A stretch of 59,388 bases of DNA, the filler included. It is 6 parts of 6 records of this genome, joined end to end, with 100 filler letters (N's around TTAATTAATTAA, not from the genome) between each part and the next. Parts side by side here need not be neighbours in the genome. Positions count along the whole stretch, not along the records: positions 33,434 to 59,388 come from DRR723986_7943; 5 more parts are not named here. One strand, given 5' to 3'. Positions 38,300 to 52,283 of this stretch are shown one piece after another. The number at the start of each line of letters is the position of its first letter. Within the stretch, counting starts at the first letter, position 1. The translations under genes and the position numbers were made by a program. The notes under the pieces were generated by a model. That model saw only the letters and a program-made list of their open reading frames with translations. It did no database searches and had not been told where the DNA came from.

Positions 38300-40539
38300 A
38301 GTGACCCGTACTTTTCACGCAAGCGCTGGCGAACCAGCTCTGCGGTAGTGTTGACTGAAAACGTAAATAGAAAGAGTACAAATGCCGCCAGGAACAGCAC
38401 GCGATAATGCGTACTATCGACCTCCGCCTCAGGCACTTCTACCGCTATATTTGCCGACAGTGTGCGCATGCCCTCAAAAATATTCGCGTCCATAATGGGC
38501 GTGTTTCCGGTTGCCATAAGGACGATCATGGTTTCACCAACGGCGCGACCAAGACCGATCATCGAACCTGAAAAAATTCCGGGGCTGGCCGTTGGCAGCA
38601 CAACGCCGATAAGCGTCTGCCAGGGTGTTGCTCCAAGCGCCAGGCTGCCATAGCTCAAGTGTTTGGGGACTGAAAAAATAGCGTCTTCGGAGATCGAAAA
38701 GATCGTCGGAATTACCGCCATGCCCATGGCTATGCCCACCACCAGGGAGTTGCGCTGGTCAAACGAAATACCAAGCTCGCCGGTCAGCCACAGCCGCATA
38801 TCGCCACCAAAGAACCACAGCTCCATTGGGTCGTTCAGCTCAAAGCTGAGCCAGAACAAGAAAATGACGACGGGAAAGAGCAATACCGCATGCCATCCGT
38901 CGGGCACACGCATACGGACGGCAACCGGCATTTGCGACCAGGCGTAAGCCGCCACCAGCACGCCAACCGGCAGAATCAGCAGGATGCTTACTACTGCGGT
39001 GAGGTTGTCTTCAACCAGAGGAGCCAGCCAAAGCCCCGCCAGAAAGCCGAGAATCACCGTGGGCAGCGCTTCCATCAGTTCGATCATTGGCTTGATTTTT
39101 CGTCTCAGCCCCGGCGCCATGAAATAGGCTGTGTAGATCGCACCGCAAATCGCCATGGGTGCGGCAATCAACATGGTGTAAAACGCGGCTTTCAGTGTGC
39201 CAAAGGCCAGTGGTGCGAAACTGTACTTCGGCTCAAAATCATTGTTCGAAGCAGAGCTCTGCCAGGTGTATTCGGGCTGGTCATAACCTTCATACCAAAC
39301 CTCGCTCCACAGTGCGGACCAGGAAACGTCCGGGTGTTTATTGGAGACCTCCCAATGGCGCAGTGTCCCGTCATCGGACAGGTGCAGTGCTGCATTCCCC
39401 CGGGGAGAGATGGCGGCGATGCCCGTGACGTCCTGCGGCAGCACGGCATCATTAAACAAACGCCGCTGAGCTGTCGTGTGGAACAGCTGTAACTCACCGC
39501 CATCGCCGAACGCTGCGAAACCTTTGCGGCGGTGCTCGGGCAGAAACTGCCGGATCACGACACCATCACCGTCGAAACTGCGAATTCGCTGAAAGCGGTG
39601 ACCACCCTCACCATCTCGCACAATAAAATGCTGGTTAACTTCGCCATTGTCGGAGGCCGCAAGCAGAGAGTATCCGCCGAGCAGCATTTCCGCGGCAGTG
39701 AGTGTTCCGGGGGTGTCGAACAAGCTGCCGCGGTCGCTTATTCGCTGTGCGCCGCCGCTATCTGTCTCCTGTAAGTCGACAACCGCGAAATTACCTGCCC
39801 CGTCGACAATGTAGAGCCAACGCTGCTGTTCCCCGAGGAAAATACGCTTCGAGCCAGGAATATCCGGCAGAACAAGCGCTTCCCTGGCGAGCGTGATCTC
39901 GCCGGAAAGGAAGTCTTCTTCTTTGACGAAACGCTGGACTGCCAGCTGACCACCCTGGGACAGCGCGGCTATTACCAGGGCATCTTCGCCGTCGCGCAAG
40001 GCCAAATCGGCCAGGCTGCCGATAGCGAAACGGATATCGACGTCGGCCCAGGCTGTATCTATCCTGGGCGTAATCACCCGGCCTGATTCCGGATAGCTCA
40101 GTCGATATTCATGACTGAACAGGCCCAAGGCCCCATCGGGATAGGCCACCGCCAGCAGTCGACTCGCGGCGCTCTCTCCCCTGACCAGGCTCACCTTATC
40201 GAACCCCCTGGCCAGGTCATGCACTTCGACCTCAGTGCCACTGGCGATATCGAAGAACACCCCGCGCCCGCTCGCATCGACGGCAAAGCCAAGCTCAGCC
40301 TGTTCTTCCATCGCCAGGTAAAGTGGCTTGCCTGCAAAAGGGGTGACTACCGCAGGACTCTCTGTGATCCTGGCGCTGCCAAACAGTGGCACGACCTCGT
40401 AAAGCAGGTAGAAAAAGATAAGGAGGATGGCGACGAGAACGCCGGCACCGCCCGCGGTAATCGATACCGTGGCGGCGCGATCCTTCCACAACCGCAGAAG
40501 CGCGCTGTGCTGTGGTACATGTTGACTGAGGTTAGACAC
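38296..40539 (-). CDS. pstC: Phosphate ABC transporter permease with large periplasmic domain
   Basis: LWSEVWYEGY, ELMEALPTVILG and GRAVGETMIV. GTG start chosen. Confidence 0.93.
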   Translation of the reverse strand: MSNLSQHVPQHSALLRLWKDRAATVSITAGGAGVLVAILLIFFYLLYEVVPLFGSARITESPAVVTPFAGKPLYLAMEEQAELGFAVDASGRGVFFDIASGTEVEVHDLARGFDKVSLVRGESAASRLLAVAYPDGALGLFSHEYRLSYPESGRVITPRIDTAWADVDIRFAIGSLADLALRDGEDALVIAALSQGGQLAVQRFVKEEDFLSGEITLAREALVLPDIPGSKRIFLGEQQRWLYIVDGAGNFAVVDLQETDSGGAQRISDRGSLFDTPGTLTAAEMLLGGYSLLAASDNGEVNQHFIVRDGEGGHRFQRIRSFDGDGVVIRQFLPEHRRKGFAAFGDGGELQLFHTTAQRRLFNDAVLPQDVTGIAAISPRGNAALHLSDDGTLRHWEVSNKHPDVSWSALWSEVWYEGYDQPEYTWQSSASNNDFEPKYSFAPLAFGTLKAAFYTMLIAAPMAICGAIYTAYFMAPGLRRKIKPMIELMEALPTVILGFLAGLWLAPLVEDNLTAVVSILLILPVGVLVAAYAWSQMPVAVRMRVPDGWHAVLLFPVVIFLFWLSFELNDPMELWFFGGDMRLWLTGELGISFDQRNSLVVGIAMGMAVIPTIFSISEDAIFSVPKHLSYGSLALGATPWQTLIGVVLPTASPGIFSGSMIGLGRAVGETMIVLMATGNTPIMDANIFEGMRTLSANIAVEVPEAEVDSTHYRVLFLAAFVLFLFTFSVNTTAELVRQRLREKYGSL

Positions 40540-40585
40540 GGTAGCTATCCAGGCGGCCCAGGGCCTTGTTGTCGCGATAAATAGC

Positions 40586-40610
40586 AAAGAGGCCGCGGTT
40601 CAGCGGCCCC
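40586..40610 (-). terminator. Hairpin between pstS and pstC (partial terminator or mRNA stabiliser)
   Basis: GGGGCCGC-TGAACC-GCGGCCTC followed by TTT. Confidence 0.5.
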
Positions 40611-40632
40611 ATGAGTGGCAATCTAGCCAAGC

Positions 40633-41607
40633 TTACAGTCCAAGCTGCGCCGACATGCGGTCAACGACAGAGGCTGGCAAGGGGATATAGCCGTCCTTCA
40701 CCACGACTTCCTGGCCCTGTCTTGAGTAGACCAGTTTGATGAACTCGCGCTCGAGGGGTGACAGTGCCTGGTTGGGGTTCTTGTTGATATAGACATACAG
40801 GAAACGCGAGAGGGCATAGGAGCCATCGACCGCATTCTCAGGGGTAGCCTCGACCATCGGTCCGTCAGGCTTCTTGCTTAGCGGCACCGCACGGACACTG
40901 GATGTTTTGTAGCCAATACCTGAGTAACCGATACCGTTTATCGACGTCGATACAGACTGCACCACCGAGGCGGAACCCGGCTGCTCGTTGACCGTATTCT
41001 TGAAGTCGCCCTTACACAGAGCCTCTTCCTTAAAGTACCCATACGTGCCGGAAACCGAGTTACGGCCGAACAACTGTATATCCCGGGAAGCCCAGGCCCC
41101 GTCGAGTCCAAGATCGCCCCACTGGCTAACATCCGCCAGGCCACCGCACTTGCGGGTAGATGAGAATAGCGCGTCGACATCCTGGATGCTCATGCCGGCC
41201 ACCGGGTTATCCTTGTGAACGTAAACAGCCAGCGCGTCAATCGCGACTGGAACGGCCGTAGGCTTGTACCCGTGCCGGGCTTCAAAGGCCTCGAGTTCCT
41301 TGTCTTTCATCCTGCGGCTCATAGGGCCGAAACTTGCCGTGCCTTCGGTAAGAGCCGGCGGTGCGGTCGAGGAGCCCGCGGCCTGTATCTGGACATTAAC
41401 ATTGGGGTAGGCGCGCTTGAATTCTTCCGCCCACAGGGTCATCAGATTGGCGAGGGTATCCGAGCCGATGCTGGACAGGTTTCCCGACACGCCGCTCGCG
41501 ATTTCATAATCCGACAGGCCCGGATCCACGTCGGCCAGGCTTGCCGGGCTGATCAGGGTGGAGGCAAGCGCCAGGGCACCTGCAGAGACAATTTCTCGTA
41601 ATTTCAT
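40633..41607 (-). CDS. pstS: Phosphate ABC transporter substrate-binding protein
   Basis: Signal peptide, GSDT, AAGSSTA, MSR and RNSVSGT. Confidence 0.96.
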   Translation of the reverse strand: MKLREIVSAGALALASTLISPASLADVDPGLSDYEIASGVSGNLSSIGSDTLANLMTLWAEEFKRAYPNVNVQIQAAGSSTAPPALTEGTASFGPMSRRMKDKELEAFEARHGYKPTAVPVAIDALAVYVHKDNPVAGMSIQDVDALFSSTRKCGGLADVSQWGDLGLDGAWASRDIQLFGRNSVSGTYGYFKEEALCKGDFKNTVNEQPGSASVVQSVSTSINGIGYSGIGYKTSSVRAVPLSKKPDGPMVEATPENAVDGSYALSRFLYVYINKNPNQALSPLEREFIKLVYSRQGQEVVVKDGYIPLPASVVDRMSAQLGL

Positions 41608-41639
41608 GACCATTTCCTGCAAGATTTTCGACGCGGCCT

Positions 41640-41673
41640 ACAATAAGACGCTTTTGTTACAGAATTATGACAG
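41640..41673 (-). promoter_or_regulatory. Pho box and -10 of pstS
   Basis: CTGTCAT-aatt-CTGTAAC at 41673-41656, then 10 bp, then TATTGT. Confidence 0.85.
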
Positions 41674-41716
41674 TTTGGCAGGTATCAGGGGGACAAAAAG
41701 GGCCCCTTGGGGGTCT

Positions 41717-42985
41717 TTAGCCGTGAAATGCCAGGGTGAAGGTACTGCCTTTGCCTAAAACGCTGTCAATGCGCAGGTCAGCGTGATGCGCTGCCGCCAC
41801 ATGCTTGACGATGGCCAGCCCCAGGCCTGAGCCGCCGGTCTGGGTTGAACGGCTTTCGTCTACCCGGTAAAAGCGTTCGGTGAGCCTTGGAATATGGTTT
41901 TCATCAATACCGACACCCTGATCTGTGACCTCGAGCAGGTATTCACCCTCTTCCTCCCGCCAGACTATCTCTACCTGCGTCTCTTCCGAGCTGTATTTCA
42001 GCGCATTCTGGACCAGGTTGGTAACCGCACTATGGAGTTCACGATAGTCGCCCTGAATCTTGGCCCTGCTGTCGATCCGGGTCCTCAGACGACCGGGATA
42101 AGCCACTTCCAGCTCACTCTTTACTTCGCCCACGACCGCCGCCATGTCGACTGTCTCACTCTTTGTGTCACCACCGATAGCTTCTATCCGCGACAACCAC
42201 AGCAGGTCTGCCAGCAGGGACTCCATGCGGTCAGCCTGCTGCACCATCTGGTCGAGCGGGCGCTTAAATCCCGGCGGCAAACTGCTACTGTCCGCCATGG
42301 TATCGAGATAGCCCTTGATGACAGTCAGCGGCGTGCGCAGCTCATGTGAGACGTTGCCTACGAAGTCCCGACGCATTCTCTCGGTGCGAACCATTGAGCT
42401 GATGTCGCGCAGGAAAACAAGCCGGTTGCCCTCGCCAAAATACGTCACCTCCACCAGCAGGTGGCGATCAGTGGCTTCCGAGATAGTGATCTGCAATGGC
42501 TTGGAATAATCTCCTGCGACGAAATAGGAAATAAATTCCGGGACTCGCATCAGATTCAGCAGCGGTTGCCCCCGGTCTTTCGGGTACTCCAGACCGGCAA
42601 GATTGCGGGCGGCATCATTTGCCCATTCGATCGCTGCTTCGGGGTCGACGATAACGACGCCATCCCTGATCGACGCGAACGAATCCCTGAGATAGTCGAC
42701 GGTTGACTGGAGGCGCAGCGTGGCTTCACGATTCTCCCGCTGAATACGGTAAATCTGGTCGAAAATCGTGCCCCAGAGGCCAAAGCTTTCCGGTGGTTCC
42801 TGTTCAGGATTGGCGAGCCAGTTGTAGATGCGCCGGATCTGGTAAAGCCAGAACGCCAGTAAGCCCAGCGAGGCGATGACAAGGGATTCAGTGAGATAAC
42901 CGGTACCAAGCCCGACAAGACCGGCCAGGGCGAGAACCAGGAGCAGACGGCGGACCTCCGCCCACCAGCTCCACTCCGTTATCAC
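41717..42985 (-). CDS. phoR: Phosphate regulon sensor kinase
   Basis: PAS region, NVSHELRTPLT, NLVQNALKY and GGSGLGL. GTG overlaps the phoB stop. Confidence 0.96.
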   Translation of the reverse strand: MITEWSWWAEVRRLLLVLALAGLVGLGTGYLTESLVIASLGLLAFWLYQIRRIYNWLANPEQEPPESFGLWGTIFDQIYRIQRENREATLRLQSTVDYLRDSFASIRDGVVIVDPEAAIEWANDAARNLAGLEYPKDRGQPLLNLMRVPEFISYFVAGDYSKPLQITISEATDRHLLVEVTYFGEGNRLVFLRDISSMVRTERMRRDFVGNVSHELRTPLTVIKGYLDTMADSSSLPPGFKRPLDQMVQQADRMESLLADLLWLSRIEAIGGDTKSETVDMAAVVGEVKSELEVAYPGRLRTRIDSRAKIQGDYRELHSAVTNLVQNALKYSSEETQVEIVWREEEGEYLLEVTDQGVGIDENHIPRLTERFYRVDESRSTQTGGSGLGLAIVKHVAAAHHADLRIDSVLGKGSTFTLAFHG

Positions 42986-43692
42986 GCGGAATGGACTCCC
43001 CGGCTCGAGAACCGATAACCCGTACCGCGAACTGTCTGGATGAGGTCGCTGTAGTCGCGGCTGGTCGTCTGCAGTGCTTTTCGCAGCCGGCGGATGTGCA
43101 CGTCTACAGTACGTTCCTCGACGTAGACATTGGCGCCCCACACGTGGTCGAGTAGCTGGCTGCGGGTGTAGGCCCGCTCAGGGTGGGACATGAAAAACTG
43201 GAGCAGGTTGAACTCGGTCGGGCCCATTTCCAGCGGCTCCTCGCCAAGAAAAATACGTCTCGATTCACCGTCAAGCACCAGGTCATTGACCTGGATTTTC
43301 TCCTGCCCGTCGCCGCCGCTTACCCGACGCAGCAGGGCCCGGATACGCGCAATCAATTCACGGGGGGCGAAGGGCTTGGTGATGTAGTCATCGGCGCCGA
43401 CATCGAGGCCCTGGATAACATTCTCCTCGGCGGTTTTGGCGGTCAGCATGATAACGGGGAGTTCGCGGGTGGTGTCGTCGCGCTTCAGGCGGCGCAGCAG
43501 CTCGAGGCCGCTGCCTCCGGGTAACATCCAGTCGAGCAGAACGACGTCAGGGCGCTCATCCACGATGAGCGTATGGGCTTCCTGAATGGTCTCTGCTTCC
43601 AGGCAGCGAAATTCGGCTATTTCAAGCGCCATGCGGAGCATGTCCCGTATTGCGTACTCGTCATCAACGATCAGCACAGTTTGTTCAGGCAT
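42982..43692 (-). CDS. phoB: Phosphate regulon response regulator
   Basis: LLDWMLPGGSG, GPTEF, ERTVDVHIRRLRK and TVRGTGYRF. Confidence 0.98.
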   Translation of the reverse strand: MPEQTVLIVDDEYAIRDMLRMALEIAEFRCLEAETIQEAHTLIVDERPDVVLLDWMLPGGSGLELLRRLKRDDTTRELPVIMLTAKTAEENVIQGLDVGADDYITKPFAPRELIARIRALLRRVSGGDGQEKIQVNDLVLDGESRRIFLGEEPLEMGPTEFNLLQFFMSHPERAYTRSQLLDHVWGANVYVEERTVDVHIRRLRKALQTTSRDYSDLIQTVRGTGYRFSSRGVHSA

Positions 43693-43729
43693 CTGCCTCT
43701 ATTTCCTCAATCGAATCGGTCAGGCCCGT

Positions 43730-43763
43730 ATTAGATGATGAAATTATGACACTTTAATGACAT
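43730..43763 (-). promoter_or_regulatory. Pho box and -10 of phoBR (autoregulation)
   Basis: ATGTCAT-taaa-GTGTCAT at 43763-43746, then 10 bp, then TCTAAT. Confidence 0.85.
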
Positions 43764-43817
43764 GTCAGGCTCCGCCAACGGGTCCCATCATTGCGACGAA
43801 GACCCGCAAGCCAAAGC

Positions 43818-44870
43818 TTAACGTAAGCTGGCGTTGATGTTCTCCAATGCCTTGTTACCAGGGCAAAGGTCCGATTCTGTGAGCGTATTCAACGGGCGCT
43901 GTGATGTTTCCAGCACCTCGTGCAGATCGCGGGAGTCCTTGTTCATATAGATCAGGCCGGTGAGTATCTGGCCGCTCTGGCGGTGTCGATCCAGCGCAAT
44001 CATTGCCGAAGTGCGATCAAAGGGGTCGAGGCTGTCATCCAGTTTGTGCAGGCGCAGCACAGAGCCATCATGCATCGTCACCTCATGGGTGCTGCCCGGC
44101 TGGTACTGGGTGGTAATTTCCTGCTGCAAGGGCACGAAATCCACCGTGCCGGTCGCCTCAGCGTGCTCCCTGACGAACTCATAGCTCTTGGTGGAACCGG
44201 GATTGTTATTGAAGGTCACGCAAGGTGACACCACGTCGATCAAGGCGAAGCCCCGGTGGGTCATTGCCGCCTTGATTAGCGGCACCAGCTGCTCCTTGTC
44301 ACCGGAGAAACTGCGGGCGATAAACGAGGCGCCCAACTGCAGGGCGAGGCCGGGCAGGTCAATCGCCCCGAACGGATTCGGATCGCCCTTCTTGCTGGCG
44401 GAGCCCTCGTCTGCGGTCGCCGAATCCTGACCCTTGGTCAGGCCGTAGCAACCGTTATTCATAACGATATACACCATATTCAGGTTGCGCCGCACCGCGT
44501 GGGCGAACTGGCCCATGCCGATGGACGCCGTATCCCCATCCCCTGAAACACCAAGATAGAGCAGTTCGCGATTGGCCATGGCGGCGCCGCTGACAACTGA
44601 GGGCATACGCCCGTGGACGGAATTAAAGCCGTGCGACTTACCGAGAAAGTAGGTGGGCGATTTGGAGGAGCACCCGATACCGGAGAGCTTGGCGATCATA
44701 TGCGGGTGAATCGACAGCTCGTGCACGGCCTTGACGATGGCGCCGCTGATCGAATCGTGACCGCAGCCGGCACACAAGGTGGATATAGAGCCCTCGTAGT
44801 CAGCCTTGGTGTAGCCCAGTTCATTGATCGGCAGGTCCGGGTGCCGGAATTTGGGTATCTGGTAACTCAT
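43818..44870 (-). CDS. 2-oxoacid:ferredoxin oxidoreductase subunit beta
   Basis: LCAGCGH, SGIGCS, HGR, TPP motif GDGD...NNGCYGLTKGQ and SPCVTFN. Confidence 0.95.
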   Translation of the reverse strand: MSYQIPKFRHPDLPINELGYTKADYEGSISTLCAGCGHDSISGAIVKAVHELSIHPHMIAKLSGIGCSSKSPTYFLGKSHGFNSVHGRMPSVVSGAAMANRELLYLGVSGDGDTASIGMGQFAHAVRRNLNMVYIVMNNGCYGLTKGQDSATADEGSASKKGDPNPFGAIDLPGLALQLGASFIARSFSGDKEQLVPLIKAAMTHRGFALIDVVSPCVTFNNNPGSTKSYEFVREHAEATGTVDFVPLQQEITTQYQPGSTHEVTMHDGSVLRLHKLDDSLDPFDRTSAMIALDRHRQSGQILTGLIYMNKDSRDLHEVLETSQRPLNTLTESDLCPGNKALENINASLR

Positions 44871-46741
44871 GCGGATTCTCCCCCGCCGCTGGCGACTTTT
44901 TCACGGTGCAGCGGTGTGACGTTGTGACCTGGCATCTGTAACAGGATCTGCTTGCGGATATTGCGCGCGCTGATCGGGGTGCCGTCAAAGCACAGGACCG
45001 ACTTCAACTTGTCAGGCCCCAGCTCGAATTCCGCCATCAGCAAGGTACGCAGCTGCGCATCCCGGTTTTGCTCGATAACAAAGACCCGTTCGTGGGCGTC
45101 GATAAACGCCTCGACTTCGTCATTGAACGGGAAGGCCCGCACCCGCATTGCATCCAGGTGGATACCCTCCTCCGCCAGATAGTCCAGCGCCTCGAGAGAG
45201 GACTCCTCACTGGTGCCAAAATACAGCACGGCGCTGTCAGTATCGCGCCCACAGGGCACGACCTCCGGCCTGGGAACCCACTGCTTTATGGTCTCCCACT
45301 TGGCCATCAGGCGCAGCATATTCTTTTCGTATTCCTCACCCTTCTCGGTATAGACCGCATTCTCGTCACGGGAGGTCCCGCGGGTGAAGAAAACGCCCTT
45401 ATCGGGGTGGGTGCCGGGAATCGTCCGGTAGCAGATGGCATCACCATCGACATCGCGGTAGCGACCGAAGTTCTCCATCGCATCCAGTTGCTCGGCAGAC
45501 AGCACTTTGCCTCGGTCATAGGCCCGGCTGTCATCCCAGGCAAGCGGCGCTGACATATTGTCATTCATGCCGAGATCGAGATCGGTCATCAGGATAATCG
45601 GGGTCTGCAGCCGCTCCGCCAGATCGAAGGAAAGCGCTCCAAAGTCAAAGCACTCCGCCGGCGTCGAGGGAAACAGCAGCACCTGCTTGGTGTCACCGTG
45701 TGAGGCATAGGCGGCAGACAGCACGTCCGATTGCTGGGTGCGGGTGGGCATGCCGGTTGACGGGCCGGCTCGCTGGACATCAAACAGCACAGTCGGTATC
45801 TCGGCAAAGTAGGCCAGCCCCAGGAATTCGCTCATCAGCGACAAGCCCGGACCACTGGTCGCAGTAAAGGAGCGCGCACCATTCCAACTGGCGCCGATGA
45901 CCATCCCGATGGCGGCGAGTTCATCCTCTGCCTGCAGGATGGCATAGTTGCGTTTACCGGTACCCGCATCAATCCGCATCCGGCGGGCGTACTTTTCAAA
46001 GGCGTCCACCACCGAGGTGGAGGGCGTAATTGGATACCAGGCGGCAACTGTTGCCCCGCCGTAGATCGCACCGAGGCCGAGCGCGGTATTACCATCCAGC
46101 AAGATCTTGTCGCCGACCTCGTCCGCGGTTTTTACCCGGATGCCAATCGGGCACTCAAAGTTGTTTCTTGCATACTGGTGGCCCAGCTCCAGTGCATGAA
46201 TATTAGGCAGCACCAGCTTCTCTTTGCCCTTGAACTGGTCAGCCACCAGCCCGGTGAGCACCTTGAAGTCCATGTCGAGCAAGGCCGCGAGCGCGCCCAC
46301 GTAAATCACGTTCTTGAACAGCTGGCGCTGACGAGGATCCTTGTACTGTTCATTACAGATCCGGGTCAGCGGCAGGCCGATAAAGGTCACGTCATTGCGA
46401 ATCAGGCGCAGGTCGATCGGTTTGGTGTTGTCGTAAATGAAATAGCCGCCGGGCTCGAGTTCCTGGATATCCTGCGGCATGCTCTGCGGATTAACAGAAA
46501 GAATGATGTCCACGCCGCCACGACGGCCAAGATAGCCCTTCTCACTTACACGGACTTCGTACCAGGTGGGTAAGCCCTGGATGTTAGACGGAAAGATATT
46601 CTTTGGGCTAACCGGCAGGCCCATACGGAACAGGGCCTTGGCAAAGAGATTGTTGGCACTGGCTGAGCCGGTACCGTTGACGTTGGCAAACTTGATGACG
46701 AAATCGTTTACCGATTCGATGGGCCTGACTCCGGATTTCAT
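44867..46741 (-). CDS. 2-oxoacid:acceptor oxidoreductase subunit alpha (gamma-alpha fusion)
   Basis: YPITPST, QAEDE, ATSGPG and QRAGPSTGMPT. ATGA-coupled at both ends. Confidence 0.95.
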   Translation of the reverse strand: MKSGVRPIESVNDFVIKFANVNGTGSASANNLFAKALFRMGLPVSPKNIFPSNIQGLPTWYEVRVSEKGYLGRRGGVDIILSVNPQSMPQDIQELEPGGYFIYDNTKPIDLRLIRNDVTFIGLPLTRICNEQYKDPRQRQLFKNVIYVGALAALLDMDFKVLTGLVADQFKGKEKLVLPNIHALELGHQYARNNFECPIGIRVKTADEVGDKILLDGNTALGLGAIYGGATVAAWYPITPSTSVVDAFEKYARRMRIDAGTGKRNYAILQAEDELAAIGMVIGASWNGARSFTATSGPGLSLMSEFLGLAYFAEIPTVLFDVQRAGPSTGMPTRTQQSDVLSAAYASHGDTKQVLLFPSTPAECFDFGALSFDLAERLQTPIILMTDLDLGMNDNMSAPLAWDDSRAYDRGKVLSAEQLDAMENFGRYRDVDGDAICYRTIPGTHPDKGVFFTRGTSRDENAVYTEKGEEYEKNMLRLMAKWETIKQWVPRPEVVPCGRDTDSAVLYFGTSEESSLEALDYLAEEGIHLDAMRVRAFPFNDEVEAFIDAHERVFVIEQNRDAQLRTLLMAEFELGPDKLKSVLCFDGTPISARNIRKQILLQMPGHNVTPLHREKVASGGGESA

Positions 46742-48516
46742 GCTGCAGCCCCCGCCTTGCTGACGTTGTAGAGAAACTTCTGCATATCCCAGGCCGTGGT
46801 GGGACAGCGCTCTGCACAGAGCCCGCAATGCAGGCACACGTTTTCATCCTTGACCATAACCCGTCGGGTCGGCAGCTCCGCCGACACATAAAGGTCCTGG
46901 GTCAGGTTTTTTGCCGGCGCAGACAGGGTGCCGCGCAGATCGGGTTCCTCGGCATTCGGAGTGAAGGTGATGCAATCAGTTGGACACACATCAACGCAGG
47001 CATCGCACTCGATGCAGCGCGCCTCTTCAAACACGGTCTGCACGTCACAGTTCAGGCAGCGCTCCGCTTCCTTGTAGCCAGTGTCGACATCAAAACCCAG
47101 CTCCACTTCGACCTTGCGATCACGCAGGACTTGCTCCAGGGGTGCCAGCGGCACGACGTAACGCGGGTCTGATTCAACCGCATTGTCGTAGCTCCATTCG
47201 TGCACACCCATTTTCTGGCTCACAAGATTGGTCATCGGCGGCGGCCGCTTACCGACATCCTCGCCCTGGCAGAACAGGTCGATACTGATCGCCGCCTGGT
47301 GGCCATGGGCAACCGCGGTAATAACGTTTTCCGGGCCAAAAGCCGCATCGCCACCGAAAAATACCTTTTCGTTGGTCGACTGAAACGTCAGCTTGTCGAC
47401 CTCGGGCATATCCCATTTGTCGAACTCGATCCCGAGGTCGCGCTCGATCCAGGGGAAAGCATTCTCCTGGCCGATCGCCATCAGCACATCATCCGCTTCC
47501 ATGAACACCAGGTCCTCCCCGGTGGGCACCAGACTGCGTTTGCCGTCCTCGTCATAGACTGCCTCGACTTTCTCGAACAGCATGCCCTTGAGCTCGCCGT
47601 CCTCGATGACGAACTCCTTCGGGGTATGATTATCGTAAATCGGGATGCCTTCATGCATGGCGTCCTCTTTCTCCCACGGAGAGGCCTTCATATCCGCGAA
47701 GGGACTGCGGACCACAACCCGGACATCCTCGCCACCAAGGCGGCGCGATGTGCGGCAGCAGTCCATCGCCGTGTTGCCACCGCCGAGCACCAGAACTCGC
47801 TTGCCAATGCTGTCGATATGCTCAAAAGCAACACTGGACAGCCAGTCAATGCCGATGTGGACATGCTTCCCCGCTTCTTCCAGGCCAGGCAGGTTGAGGC
47901 CCTTACCTCGAGGGGCGCCGGTACCGACAAAAATTGCATCGTAGTCCCTGGCCAGCATGTCTTTCATGCTGTCGATCTCGGTATCGAAGAAGGTGGTGAC
48001 ACCCATATCCAGAATGTAGCCCACCTCCTCGTCCAGCACCTGCGCGGGCAGGCGGAAAGCCGGAATCTGGCTGCGCATCATGCCGCCACCAGCGAACTGG
48101 TTGTCAAAGATATCGATCTCGTAACCCAGGGGCATCAGATCCCTGGCAACCGTCAGCGACGCGGGACCAGCGCCGATGCAGGCTATCTTCTTGCCGTTCT
48201 TGCGGCTTGGAATTTTCGGCAGGCGATCGACAATGCTGTCCTTGTTGTCGGCCGCTACCCGCTTGAGTCGGCAGATGGCAACCGGCTCGGCCTCGACCCG
48301 GCCGCGGCGACAGGCGGGTTCACAGGGGCGATCACAGGTGCGTCCAAGCACGCCGGGAAACACATTCGATTCCCAGTTGATCATATAGGCGTCGGAATAC
48401 CGTTGCTGGGCGATCAGCCGAATGTATTCGGGAACCGGCGTATGCGCCGGGCAGGCGTACTGGCAGTCGACAACCTTATGGAAGTATTCGGGGTTGGCCA
48501 GATCAGTAGGATTCAC
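46738..48516 (-). CDS. GltD-like FAD/NAD(P)H oxidoreductase with C-terminal 2[4Fe-4S] ferredoxin domain
   Basis: CQYACP, CDRPCEPACRR, GAGPAS, GGGNTAMD, CIECDACVDVCP and CLHCGLCAERCP. Confidence 0.92.
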   Translation of the reverse strand: MNPTDLANPEYFHKVVDCQYACPAHTPVPEYIRLIAQQRYSDAYMINWESNVFPGVLGRTCDRPCEPACRRGRVEAEPVAICRLKRVAADNKDSIVDRLPKIPSRKNGKKIACIGAGPASLTVARDLMPLGYEIDIFDNQFAGGGMMRSQIPAFRLPAQVLDEEVGYILDMGVTTFFDTEIDSMKDMLARDYDAIFVGTGAPRGKGLNLPGLEEAGKHVHIGIDWLSSVAFEHIDSIGKRVLVLGGGNTAMDCCRTSRRLGGEDVRVVVRSPFADMKASPWEKEDAMHEGIPIYDNHTPKEFVIEDGELKGMLFEKVEAVYDEDGKRSLVPTGEDLVFMEADDVLMAIGQENAFPWIERDLGIEFDKWDMPEVDKLTFQSTNEKVFFGGDAAFGPENVITAVAHGHQAAISIDLFCQGEDVGKRPPPMTNLVSQKMGVHEWSYDNAVESDPRYVVPLAPLEQVLRDRKVEVELGFDVDTGYKEAERCLNCDVQTVFEEARCIECDACVDVCPTDCITFTPNAEEPDLRGTLSAPAKNLTQDLYVSAELPTRRVMVKDENVCLHCGLCAERCPTTAWDMQKFLYNVSKAGAAA

Positions 48517-48698
48517 ATCTATATCCCTGTGTCATGATTCCAGATTTGCTCGGCGCCGCAGAGCCTGCAAACAAACAGCAAAATTGTGGCATAGCTGGTC
48601 GCGCATTTCATCCGCCCTGCCCTGCGTCTTGGCTTTCTTTTGCGGTGCTGGCGACGCTTCGACGGGAACAGGCCAGTATTTCATCCCACAGGCGAGTC

Positions 48699-52257
<3,559 letters not shown>

Positions 52258-52283
52258 GCTCGCAGTGCCCGGCCCCTCGGTTA

